From Mobula hypostoma (Eukaryota), in contig NC_086108.1 in NCBI RefSeq assembly GCF_963921235.1, positions 57,538,001-57,602,000 of the forward strand: 64,000 nt of DNA, in the 5' to 3' direction. Below are positions 11,152 through 22,775 of the stretch, in pieces (within the stretch, counting starts at the first letter, position 1; every line of letters begins with the position of its first letter). The notes below the pieces were generated by a model that saw only the letters and a list, made by a program, of their open reading frames with translations, was not told where the DNA came from and did no database searches. Position numbers and translations under genes: made by a program.

Positions 11152-12710
11152 ATAGAACATAGAACAGTACAGCACAATACAGGCCATTCAACCCCTCGAT
11201 ATTGCGCCGACCTTTTAACCTGCTCCAAGATCAATATAATACCACCCTCCTGCATAGCCCTTAATTTTTCTTTCATCTATATGAGAGTCTCTTAATGTCT
11301 CTAATTTATCTGCCTCTAGCACCATCCCTGGCAGCATGTTCCATGCACTCACCACTCTATATATAAAAAAAACAAAACCTTCCTCTGACACGCCTCTTTA
11401 TTCTTTTCTCCACACCTGAAATTATGTCCTTTCTTATTAGCCATTTCCTCCCTGTGGGAAAAGGTATTGTTTGTCTACTCTATGAAGATATCTAATCTTA
11501 TAGTCTCTATCAAGTCTCCTCTCATCATCCTTTGCTCCAGAGAGAAATGCCTAGCTTGCTCAACATTTTGTCTGACATGCTTTCTAATCCAGGCAGCATC
11601 CTGGTAAATCTACTCCGCACCCTCTGTAAAGCTTCCACTTCCTCCTTAAAATGAGACCACTAGTACTGAACACTGCTCCAAGTCTGTCTGTCTGTATCTT
11701 GTTTTACGGCGGTTGGCATCCAGCTTAATGGTACATTACCGCCACCCTCTGCTCCAGAGTGTGCACTAGACATACATTCTAAATCCCTTCACCCAATCGC
11801 GTGCACACACACACAAACCTACACTTCACCCTCCCATCTTTGACCATCCTAGTATCCTATTCCTGTTTATTCGTCATATTCTATAAAAAACCCCTGTACC
11901 CCTTAAAAACGCTAAAAATACCCGGACTTGTGCTCTCTCACCCATGCCCAGCAACCCTTTTAATGTGAATTCCTGCATCCCCAACTCCCTTAATTTATTT
12001 CTCATCATCTCTCTCTGTATCCCATACTTCCTGCAACACAAAACTACATGTTCTACTGACTCCTCTTCCTGACATTCCTCACACAATCCTGTCTGGTGTT
12101 TCCCTATCATTTTCAATGTTTTGTTTAATGCACAGTGCCCCAGCCTTAACCTAGTCCACACAATTTCCTCTCTTCTGTTTCCATTACCTATCCTAGTAAC
12201 TGCAACACTCTTTTGTATTTGATATAAATGCCTCCCTTTCCCCTCCCTGTCCCATCTTTCTTGCCACATTTGGTTGACTTTTTCCCAGATTACACACTTA
12301 ACCTCTGCTTTACTGATACTAATGTGCATTTCCACATTTTCTTTCTTTAACACCCTCTTTGCCAACTCATCCACCCTCTCATTCCTCTTCACCCCTACAT
12401 GTGCTGGAACCCATAGAAATTTTACCTGACCTCCCTGATTTGCAATTCTTGTAACTAACTGAAGGACTTCATAAAGTACATCTTGCCGACTGTTTGTGTG
12501 AAAAGACCTTAAACTTGCTAGAACTGAGGATGAATCTGAACATATCAATGCTTTGGCTTGTCTGGCTTTCTGCACCCATTGCAACGCAACCAACACCGCC
12601 AGCATCTCCCACTGCTCCAAGTGTGGTCTAACGGGAGTTTTATAGAGCTGCAACATTACCCAGTGGCTCTTGAACTCATGAACTCAGTTCCCCCGAACGA
12701 AGGCCAGCAT
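11152..12710 (-). mobile_element. CR1 3' fragment, split by a Nimb/I insertion at 11684-12609
   Basis: ATAGAACATAGAACAGTACAGCAC tail at 11152; MLQLYKTPVRPHLE at 12656-12615 continues below 11683. Confidence 0.85.
11684..12609 (-). mobile_element. 5'-truncated I/Nimb-clade LINE (RNase H plus CCHC knuckle), young
   Basis: Uninterrupted frame 11874-12609 with ICSDSSSVL, FLWVPAHVGVKRNERVDELAK (RNase H), TRLRLGH and CEEC-x7-H-x4-C. (CAGA)n tail. Perfect 13-bp TSD CACTGCTCCAAGT at 11671-11683 and 12610-12622. Confidence 0.9.
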
Positions 12711-14784
12711 TCAATCAGAAGTACTATACAACAACCAAATGTTGTTGAATATTAAGTGGAGAATTATATTGATTGTAACTGTACTTGAACAAATTCAAAG
12801 CTGCCTCAGTAGGTTGTATGGCAAAAAACCTGTGCAGAATAATTAACCACCTGTTTCCTGACCAAGCTGTTCCAGCAGAATCTCAGCACCTAGTGGCTAT
12901 TTCTAGGAGCCTTTATAGTTAACTTCTTTTTAATCATCTCTAAGGTGATGCCTAGAATACTTCACATGTAATTAAATACTTCTGAAGTGAGTTAATTCAT
13001 CATTGCAGTGTGGGTACCTGAGAATGTTTCTCCCTCTTACCATACTCCAGCAGAGGAAATATAGTTACCACATTTATCTCTCTGCAAGCTCTCTCTCGGT
13101 CTTAGGTTTGCTTTCATCTGATCACCTTGCAGTTTTCAGAACTCTGAAGAATATTGGTTTATTCTACATACTCTTTTCTCAGGATAAGCCCTCCATTGCC
13201 AGAAAACAAACTTTCTTGTACTGCCCCTGAGCTGAATATATCTTTCCTGGAATAAGGAGACAAATGCTGTACATAGATCTCATGCTAAATTCCTGCAGCA
13301 AGATTATTGTGCTCTTGTATTCCATTGCCTTTCCATGAAGACTAGTGTTCTATTTGCTTTCTTATTTACTGCACCAAATGTAAACATTCTCGGATTAATT
13401 AGATAGATTGAGAATTCAGATCAATGAGAGAGAAAGAACACTTCAATGGTATGAGGTTACAAATACTAAATATTAAAACATTAAAGAAGCAAGAAGTCAT
13501 TAGAATATTAGTAAAGCAATGAGTCACACAACTTTCTGCCTGCTGACTGATTTGGAGACCTCAAGCATCCTGGCAGTGTTCATGATCTCTGTCCAAGATG
13601 GTCGACGAGCTAGCTTATTCTTAGAGTTAATAAGACCACAAGTTTTTAATTTTGCAAACAACTGTCAATTAATTTTAAGACTAGTTGTCCTCCTTTTTAA
13701 AAAGAAGACTGTTATTCATTGCACCGGGATAGGGCTAGTTTTTGTTATTCCTGAAAAACATTGTCTTATCTTACTGCCATATGTCTTTACAGCTAAATGC
13801 TTTCAGGCCTCATGATTTCCTTGTAGCTGCATGATTTGATGAACCAAGATTTACTTATTTTTTTAGATGAGCCTGTACGTTCAACCTGAATGCTTTTAAC
13901 TGACAAATTCACTATATTGCAGACATACTTTTAACCCTTATGCAACAGGTACTAATTGATATGACTGCACCATTTGAATGACCTAGCTTTTTCCATTCTT
14001 CCTACCAAAGTAGGAAGTCTCCCATTTCTCATTGGACTTTATCTGTTATCTTTTTACCCACACAATTACATTCACTCAGTTAGTTCACAGGCATTTTGTG
14101 TCATCCTTAATTTGCCCTTCTATTGTCAGAAAAGGTCAATACCTTAAAGTTAGCCACAGCCACCCAACTGGTTACAGCTTGTCAACTTGAAAACAATAAA
14201 TTCATCTCTACCCTTTGTTTTCTTTCAGTTAGCCAATCTTCAATACAAAATAATATTAACTTTAATTCTATGATTATTTGAAAAGCAAACTAAAACACAG
14301 TTGCTCAAATTCTGAAATATAAGTAGAAAAATGCTGGATGTAGTCAACTATTCAGGCAGCATCTGCAGAGAGAGAAAGAAATGGAAATAACAATTTGTTG
14401 ATAACCTTTCATCAAAACTAGGCTAAATCGGCAAGTAAATTATGTTTCCCTTTCCATAGAAGCTGCGTGATGTTTAAATATTTCCAACATTTCCTGTTTC
14501 CATAAATTCTGAAAGGATACCTTTGCTTTTAGTAGTCCAAATACAATAGATACACTGGACCTCTTCTAACTATTCTATTAATATATGCTCAAAAAACACT
14601 GACTGTAATATTTCTTCTCTAAAACCATGTTGACTTAATCAAATGTACTTATAGTTTCTAATTTACTTTTTTCTTCCTTTCTTGTGTAGAAAGTTCAAAT
14701 TTATTGATATGGACATACGTACACCCAAGATATAAATACTATCAAAATTTGTTTTTTGCAGCAGCACAATACATTACAAACATA

Positions 14785-16315
14785 CAGTACTGTGCAAAAG
14801 TCTTTGGCACATGTAAAAAAGATGTAAAGCGAAGAAGCTTTCATAAGAAATGAAAAGTTTCTAAATATCAAAAAAATTACTTTAAAGAGCAGTAAACAGT
14901 AAAAAAAAACTAAATCAAATCAATATTTGGTGTAACCACCCTTTACCTTTAAAACTCTATCAATTCTCTTAGATACACTATCATGCAGTTTTATAAGAAA
15001 ATATGCTGGCAGGTTGTTCCAAACATCTTGGAGAAGTTGCCACAGTTCTTCTGTAGAGTTTGGCTGTCTTGCCTGCTTCTGTCTCTCCAGATAATCCCAG
15101 AAAGCCTTGATGATGTTGAGATCAGGGCTCTGTGGAGGCCATACCATCTGTTGCAGAATTCCTTGTTCTTCTTTTCACTGAAGATAATTTGTTATGACTT
15201 TGCCCATGTGTTTGGGGTCATTGTCCTGTTGCAGGATGAAATTGGGACTGATAGACACCTCCCTGATGGTACTGCGTGATGAATGGAATTTGCTTGTATT
15301 TCTCATCATTGAGGATTCCATTAATTCTGACCGGATCACCAACTCTATTTGCAGAAATGCAGCTCCAGACGTGCAGAGAACCTCCACTACGCTTAATGTT
15401 TGGCTGTGTGTAGTGCTCTTCTCCGGATAAATTGCTTCCTGTTTGAGCCAATAATTCTAAATTTTGACTTGTCAGACAAGAGAACTTCCTGCCATTGTTC
15501 AGTACCCCAGTCCTTGTGTTTTTTTTTGCACATGTGAGTCTCTTGGCTTTGTTTCCACTTTAGAGGAATGGCTTTTTGGTGGTAACTCTTCTATGAGGAC
15601 TACTTCTGACAGGACTTCTCCGGACTATAGAGGGGTGTACTTCAGTTACAGTGGTTTCTGTGAGTTCAGAGATGATATTGGCACTGGACTTCTGATTTAT
15701 AAGGGACCTCAGTTTAATGTATTTCTCATCCGCTGCATTCAGTTTCTGTGGCCAACCACTGCATTTCTGATCCTCAGCATTGCCTGTTTCATTGTGTGTT
15801 TCTTCAAATGAGCTTAGACAGCACACATCTGGAAACTCCTGCCTGCTGTGAAATTTCTGCTTGGGAGAGACCTTGCTGATGCAGGGTGACCATCTTGTGT
15901 CCTGTCGCTATGTTCACTCTTGCCATGGTGTAAGAATTGATGATTTGAAGGTTAAATTGTCATATCTGTCACACCTTCACCTTTTCATCTGGTTGTGCTT
16001 CACCCAGTTTCATTTCTGCTACACCTGTTTCTGTTTCAATTAATCAGTTTAGTTCATTCAACTCATTAGCACCTGTTATCTTTGTTTAATCATGCACTGG
16101 GCTATGTACCTACAAAGTAATCAAGGTCTTATTTGAAAAATGGTCTATTACTTATTATGTTACTATTCTGTAATGAAGTACCATTCAATTTTTTGGAAGA
16201 TGTTTGGAAATCTAAAATTTGCTCTTTTCTACTGACACCCTAATGCAAAAGATAAGCATCTTAAACAAAATTTCTATAAAAAATCTAGAGTGCCTAAGAC
16301 TTTTAAACAGTACTG
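14785..16315 (-). mobile_element. Full-length but inactivated Tc1-like DNA transposon (~1.53 kb)
   Basis: TIRs CAGTACTGTGCAAAAGTCTTTGGCAC (14785-14810) and GTGCCTAAGACTTTTAAACAGTACTG (16290-16315), flanked by TA/TG. Transposase pieces SGWPQKLNAADEKYI, KRSGGSLHVWSCIS, FILQQDNDPKH and WPPQSPDLNIIK lie in different frames. Confidence 0.93.
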
Positions 16316-16319
16316 TGTT

Positions 16320-17066
16320 AATGTAAATTGATATTAATATAAATTGCCCATTACTTTCACACAAGATGAAGTAAACATAATAACATTAGTGCATGTTGAA
16401 GGGGAAAAAATAAAAGAAAGATATTCTAGGGTAGTATTAAGGTTTTTCCGGTTGGTTCGAGAACCTGATGGCAGTGGGGAAGAATTGTTGTTGAACCTTG
16501 ATGTGTGGGTCTTCTGGCTCCTGCACCTCCTGCCTGAATGGCAGCAATGAGAAGAGGACATTGCATGGATGGTGAGCCCCTTAATGATCGATGTCACTTT
16601 CCTGAGACATTGCCTCTTTTATATGTCCTTGATAGTAGGGAGAATTGTACCCATGATGGAAGTGGTTGAATCCACCACTCTCTGTAGCCTTCTCCATTAC
16701 AAGTTTCTCAAAGTCCTTGTTGACATGTTCAATCTCCTTAAATTTCTAAGCAAGTAAAAATGCTGGTGTATCTTCATGTTTGCATCTATGTGCTGGGACC
16801 AGGATACATCCTCTGAGATGTTCATACCTAGGAACCTCTGAGATGTTCATACCTTTCTGATACAGACCTTTCAATGAGAGCTGGTGCTAGCTGCCTAACT
16901 TCCCCTTCCTAAAGTCTGCACTCATTTCCTCAGTTTTTTTGACTTTGAGTGCAAGATTGTTGTTATGGCACCATTCAACCTGTCCTTTCTCACTCCTGGC
17001 TGCCTCCTTGTTATCATCTGTGATTTTATCTACAATAGTGATGTCATAGGCAAATTTGAAGATGAC
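16320..17066 (-). mobile_element. Rex1/Babar 3' fragment (host of the Tc1 element; its tail probably lies at ~14690-14784)
   Basis: SGRRCRSQKTHTSRFNN..P (16334..16597) and more degenerate RT sequence upstream. Confidence 0.7.
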
Positions 17067-17076
17067 ATTGGAGCTT

Positions 17077-17437
17077 GGGTGGCGGGGTGGAAATACATCT
17101 CTACTAAAGGAGGTTTAAGGCGCTCCTTCCCTCCACAAGCTTGTATGTCACCCTTGGGCAAGGTGTAGCATCTGCTTAGCTCCCTGATCAGGGTTACATG
17201 AGCCATGGGAGCAGGTGGTGGATAGTCGTATGAGTAGCTGCTGCGTATCACAGACCACTGACAGCAAGTAGACCATCTCTGAAGAGTATTGATAATGGCT
17301 GAGGTCACCCTTCTTGTAAAGACACTGCCCAGACGGAGGCAATGGCAAACCACTTCTGTAGAAAAATTTGCCAAGAATAATCATGGTCATGAGACCACGA
17401 TCACCCACATCATATGACACTGCACACAATGATGATG
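17077..17437 (+). mobile_element. ~360-bp RTE-associated non-autonomous retroposon (copy 1)
   Basis: 10-bp TSD ATTGGAGCTT (17067-17076, 17438-17447), (ATG)n tail, GGCAATGGCAAACCAC...TTGCCAAG motif resembling RTE/BovB-mobilised SINEs; second copy at 54365-54723. Confidence 0.75.
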
Positions 17438-17469
17438 ATTGGAGCTTTACAGCATATATAGTAAAGAAA

Positions 17470-18112
17470 GATCACCAATGCATCTAATTTTTGAGGATGC
17501 TGAAGAGAACTGGACTTTGCACATAGAGTACATACTCATGTCATTCTAGAGATGCACAGTAGAAAGCATCCTAATAAGCTACATCACTGCTTGGTATGGA
17601 AACAGCACTGTGGCAGACAGGAGGGCTCTACAACGGGTCGTGAAACTGCTCAACGCATCACTGGCACCAGCCTACCTGCCATCAAGGACATATATACGGA
17701 AAGATGCCAGAAAAGAGGCAGTAACATCATGAAGGATCCCACATGCCCTGTTCATGTACTCTTTGATTTTGAGTGTGGTCATCCTGACGTGGATGTTATG
17801 TAGCTTCCTCTCAGATGGAAGTGGGACAATTACTTTCCTCAAGCAGTAAGGCTGATTGACACCTCCACCCACTAATTCCACCACTGCTTTATTATTTCCT
17901 GTTAGTCACCTTATGTACAGCCAGGTGTCACATTGTGGACATATAATCAACCTATGTATGTAACTATCTTTATTGTGGCTTTTAAATTTATTTTTATTGT
18001 GTTCTTTATCTTTTGTGTTTTTTTTGTACTGCATCAGATCCAGAGAAATAATTATTTTATTCTCCTTACACTTGTGCAAAGAAAATTATATTAAACAATC
18101 TTGAATCTTGAA
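17470..18112 (+). mobile_element. Rex1/Babar 3' end
   Basis: ESILISYITAWYGN, ETAQRITGTSLPAIKDIY...MKDPT and an (AATCTTG)n tail. Confidence 0.8.
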
Positions 18113-18130
18113 TTTACATTTTCTTTTCAG

Positions 18131-18205
18131 AACAGGATATTGGTTGAGACTACCCTGGTCATTGGAAACAAGATCTGAGCAGCCAGTCTCTATCACTTGT
18201 ACCAT
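18131..18205 (+). other. Candidate 75-nt internal exon (probably 5'UTR or non-coding) of the plus-strand transcript
   Basis: Strong acceptor TTTTCTTTTCAG| and donor |GTAAGC bracket a unique sequence; no recognisable protein match. Confidence 0.4.
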
Positions 18206-18517
18206 GTAAGCATTTTAGGCATTTGTGGTGTTTAAAGAATGTTAAATCTTAGAATGCATGGACTCATTTCCAATAGTACTTACTTGTATGTTGGAATGTT
18301 TTTAGTTTGTGACTAGCAACTAACTGGCTTTATAACATGTGAATTAGGGAGACAGTGAGAGGATGGAATAAGAAAAGGATGTATTGTTGTTTGGAGGACT
18401 GGTTTTAACTAGAGGAAAAGGTGATGGCCTGGCAGGGAAAAAGGGGTTGCTATCTAAATGTCAGATCAGTTGTAGAAAAGCAAGTGAGACACACAGAGGA
18501 GGCATTTTGGGTAGTAA

Positions 18518-18920
18518 TAAGACCACAAGGTGCAGGAGCAGAATTAGGCCATTTGGCCCATCGAGTCTGCTCCACCATTTCATCATGGCTGATCCAATTT
18601 TCCTCTCAGCCCCAATCTCCTGTCTTCTCCCCGTATCCCTTTGTGCCCTGACCAATCAGGAATCTGTCAACTTCTGGCTTAAGCATACATAAGTACTTAG
18701 CTCCACAGCTGCCTGTAGCAAATGATTCCACAGATCCACCACTCTCTGTCTCAAGAAATTCCTCCTCATCTTTGTTCTAAAAGGACACTCCTCTCTTCTG
18801 AGGCTGTGTCACCTGGTCTTAGACTCTCCCACCATAGAAAACATTCTCTTCACATCCACACTATCAAGGCCTTTCACCATTCGATAGGTTTCAGTGAAGT
18901 CACCCCTCATTCTTCTAATG
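18518..18920 (-). mobile_element. CR1 3' end
   Basis: ATAAGACCACAAGGTGCAGGAGCAGAATTAGGCCATTTGGCCCATCGAGTC terminus shared with the copies at 45864, 51917 and 59325. Confidence 0.85.
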
Positions 18921-18989
18921 TTTCTTTTTAAGCATTTACATGCATGATTTGCTGGCTAACTCTTTTTTATTTTCCATCCTAAATATTCA

Positions 18990-20590
18990 TGAGATGGGCA
19001 TGACGATTTATATGTTGAACTGCTGCAGTTTGTGTAGTGATATAATTGCTCATTGAGGTTGGATGGTGAACTCCAGTATTTAGTGCTGGTGATGATGGGA
19101 CTGTGATGTATTTCTAAATCAGGTTAGAAGTGAAGCTTGCAAGTGGTAGTATTCTCATATGCATGCTGATGTTATCCAATTTCAAGTTATTCCCATAGAA
19201 CTTTACTAAGTTGCTGCGGTGCATTTTGCAAAGTTATACCTGGTAGCCATGGTGCAGTAGTCATAGAAGAAGTGAATTTTAAAGGCAGTAGGTTAGCTAC
19301 TGATCACGTAGGTTGCATTGTTGTGGATTTCATACAGCTTCTTGAGTATCGGACCTACAATCTTCCTGGCAAGTGGGTAGTATTCCATACTCTAATTGCC
19401 AAATAATGGTGAAAAAGAACTGAATTCGTTGTCATAAGGTACCCAGCTTTGACTTGCTCTTGTAAACAGCATTGTGTGGCAGGCTCAGAAAAATTTCCCT
19501 CCTTCTGGAGCTGTCTATTGCCTGGAATTTGCTTGATGCAGACCTTATTTGCCACATCAGTTTATGCCATGACAATTGACTTGATCCTGCATTCAGATGT
19601 GGCTTGCTTCATTAAGAACTGGAAATGCTCTTATCAGTGAACATTCATTTCTGATCTGGTCCTGAGGAGAGGCATTGAACAACCTAAAAATAAGGTATAT
19701 TTTGCTGCTGAGAGGAACTCTTTGTAGCAGCACTCCAATTTAGAACAGTTAGTCATCAAAGATTATATCCTTCTTCCTTTGTATTTATTATGATTCAAAT
19801 TCCAAAGGAACTTTTGCTCTTGACTGTACTCTTACAAAGCTCTTTGAACTTAGCCGAAGGACTGTCAAGGGCCCCCTGCTCAACTTAGCAGTGAAATTTA
19901 ACTCCTTTGGCCATTTTTGGCCAAATGGTGTAACGTGGTTTGGAACTCAGATGCTCTAGCGATCCCCAAACTAAGCAAGAGTAAGGAGGTTAGAAGGGAG
20001 GAAGTGCCACCAGCTGGGAATGTTAATGATACTTTCCATCAGTTTGTTACTGGTTGAGAACAGATTGACAGAGTGGAAGTTAGCTGGATGAGACCTGCTT
20101 TTTATGGACTGGAGGTATCTGCGATTTTTCAGTGAGTGGATGGGAAAATTATAACTGAATTGGAAAGACTTAGCTTGATGCAAGCCGCACCAGACTGGAA
20201 ATGCTGGGCTGCTCCTCTTCTTTGAGATGTTTGATTTGGAGTACGAAACATAGAAGATGAATCCCTTCCAATTTGGACAGCATGTGATGTCCATGCAGAG
20301 GCAGCAAGCTATGCAATTCAATTGAGTGTATGTAATGGAACATATGAGTATGCCTGATCCCTGCACGTTACTTATCCAAGGAACAGATTCAGTGGAAGGA
20401 AGGGTTTATGCTGTATATTGGAATGGCTGTGGTAAACCAGAAAAGATAGACATTCCTGCATTGCTGTTTTATTTTATTGGCTACGTGGAGCAAGAGTTAC
20501 ATCATGCTGTGAAAGTCTTAAATGAAATTCCAAAAGGCCATTAGATGGATTATAAACATATTGTAATCCACCTTGAATTGTCGTTGCAGT
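18990..20590 (-). mobile_element. Ancient, highly decayed LINE remnant (similar material at ~27120-28330)
   Basis: Residual RT-like PANFHSVNLFSTSNKLMESIIN (cf. P.NYRPISL.S..SK.ME.IIN) in ORF 19971..20366. Confidence 0.5.
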
Positions 20591-21064
20591 GTGACCACCT
20601 TTATCTGTTTAAGTTGTCTTCCTACATTTGCACTTGTGGTTCTATGAGCCATCTTTCTAAACATTAGGAGTAATGTTCTAGTTTGACTACATCTGTGTCA
20701 CTGTGCGTAATTGTCATTGCTTGACTCAGAAGCATGAGCCAAGAAGTATTCAGAGAAGCCACAGAAATTCTTTGTATTGCATCCAGAGATACTTGTTCGC
20801 CTGCACTCTTTATGTACAGCTTTTCAAAAAGAGAAATTATACCCAAAGTTACCACTTTGTTCATTTGGATTTGGTTTTGTTTCTTTTCAGCTTTCTTCCT
20901 AAGCTGGGCACGTGAGCCTCTGCATTTGTATATTCAAATATTTTCTGATTAGAGTATGTATCTTCGGGGATGGGGAGTCATGTTAGTATTTTTTCTCCTC
21001 CTAGTTCCTGTGATACTAAGCCATTAATAAACCAGTAATCATGGATTCACCTTCACTACTGAGC

Positions 21065-22545
21065 AGGTGAGAGGGGCTCTGGGGAAACTCAGCATTGGGA
21101 CCAGATGGTGTGAACCCCAAGGAGTATGTGGAGTTCTCCAGAATATTTTCAATCTGAGTCTCAGCCTGGAAAAGGTCCCAACTATGTGGAAAACGTCATG
21201 TGTGGTCCTAATACTCAACAGGGGCCAACTGAAGGTCTCGAATGACAACTGTCCAGTGGCCCTGACCTCACACATTATGAAGACCCTAGAGGTCCTGGCT
21301 CACGTCCAACCCTGGTCAGATCAGCCCCTGACCTCCTGCAGTTTGCCTACTAGGAGCACATTGGAGTTGACGATGCTGCCACCTACCTGCTGAACAGAGC
21401 CTCCTCCCACTTCGATAAACAGGGCAGCACTGTGAGGATAATGTTTTTTGATTTCTCAAGAGCCTTCAATACCACACAGCCCTCATTGCTGGGGGAAAAG
21501 CTCCATTCAATGCAGGTTGGCACTTCCATTGTATCCTGAATAATGGACTACCTGACTGGCAGACCACAGTTTGTGTGGCTTCAGAGCTGTGTCTGTCAGA
21601 CATGGCTCTAAGCAGCACTGGGGCCCCACAGGGAACTGTATTGACTCCCTTCCTGTCTACCCTGTATAACTCAGACTTTAAACACAACACTGAGTCATGT
21701 CATCTGTAGAAATTCTCTGATGACTCGGCAATAGTTGGGTGTATAAAGGATGAATACAGGGCCCTGGTAGAGGACTTCGACAAATAGTGCAAGCTGAAAC
21801 ATCTGCAGTTCAACATCAGTAAGGCAAAAGAGATGGTGGTGGACTTTAGGAAGACTAAGCCTGCACTGTTCCGTTACTACTGACGGTGAGGACGTGGATG
21901 TGGTGAGGACCTACAAGTACCTGGGAATGCACCTGGATGACAGACTCGAGTGGAGCACCAACACAGAGGCTGTGTACAAGAAGGGCCAGAGTCAATCCGC
22001 TTCCTGAGGAAACTGAGGTCCTTTGGAGTATCTAGGCCTCTCCTTCACATGTTCTACCAGTCTGTTGTCATCAGTACAATCTCCTATGCAGTGGCGTGCT
22101 GGGGCAATGGCATCAAAATGGGTGATGCCAACTAGCTCAATAAACTGATTAGGAAGGCTGGCTCTGTTATAGAAGTCAAACTGGACACACTGGAGGCTGT
22201 GGCAGAACAAAGGACCCTGTGGAAAATCCTGGCAATTCTGGACAATGTTTCTCACCCTCCACAAGCCACCTTGGTTGAAGAGAGGTACACTTTCAGTAAT
22301 AGACTGATGACTGCGCTACTTCAAAGAATGCGGTATGAGGTCATTCTTACCCTTGGCCATCAGAGACTATCATGAATCAACCTATAGCTGGGGAAATGAT
22401 GACACTCTCCTCTTAGACTGCTTATGGCAACTTATTTTTAATTCTTTCTACATCTAATATTTATATCTGTACACTTGTAATACTACTGTGACACTGTAAT
22501 TTCCTTTGGGATCAATAAAATATCCATTTATCTATCTATCTAATA
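21065..22545 (+). mobile_element. Rex1/Babar LINE, RT through 3' tail
   Basis: KVPTMWKTSCVV...PVALTSHIMKTLE, VRIMFFDFSRAFNT, TGAPQGTVL, KFSDDS, YKYLGMHLD, AATAAA plus (TATC)n tail; several stops. Confidence 0.92.
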
Positions 22546-22775
22546 ACCTGTCTGATGTACTCTTTCCTATCCAGACTAAGACAATTTCATTTTGAAGGTG
22601 GATAAGTCACAAAGTTGGAGATGAGTACTTCACAGTTGACTTTTTATGGCATTTTAGTATTAAAGTAAAGAAATTATGATAGCATGCACATATTTTCCAT
22701 TATCTACATTGTTACCCATAAATATTTCTTGATCTGAACATCAGATTTTTTTGAACAGTGATAGGAAACCATTGT

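Noticed and set aside
11874..12656. 260-aa ORF as a host RNase H gene
   Set aside because: It lies inside a TSD-bounded LINE insertion and its start comes from the flanking CR1.
13867..13948. Exon-like segment after a polypyrimidine tract (similar cases at ~20891, 28661-28717 and ~57895)
   Set aside because: Weak donors, stops or no homology; such signals are common in AT-rich introns.
16810..16854. 20-bp direct duplication CCTCTGAGATGTTCATACCT (also TTTATGTAC repeats near 49460)
   Set aside because: Ordinary slippage duplication inside or beside decayed repeats.
17077..17200. HDV-like ribozyme at the 5' end of the RTE-type element
   Set aside because: Could not build the nested double pseudoknot by eye; needs a descriptor search.
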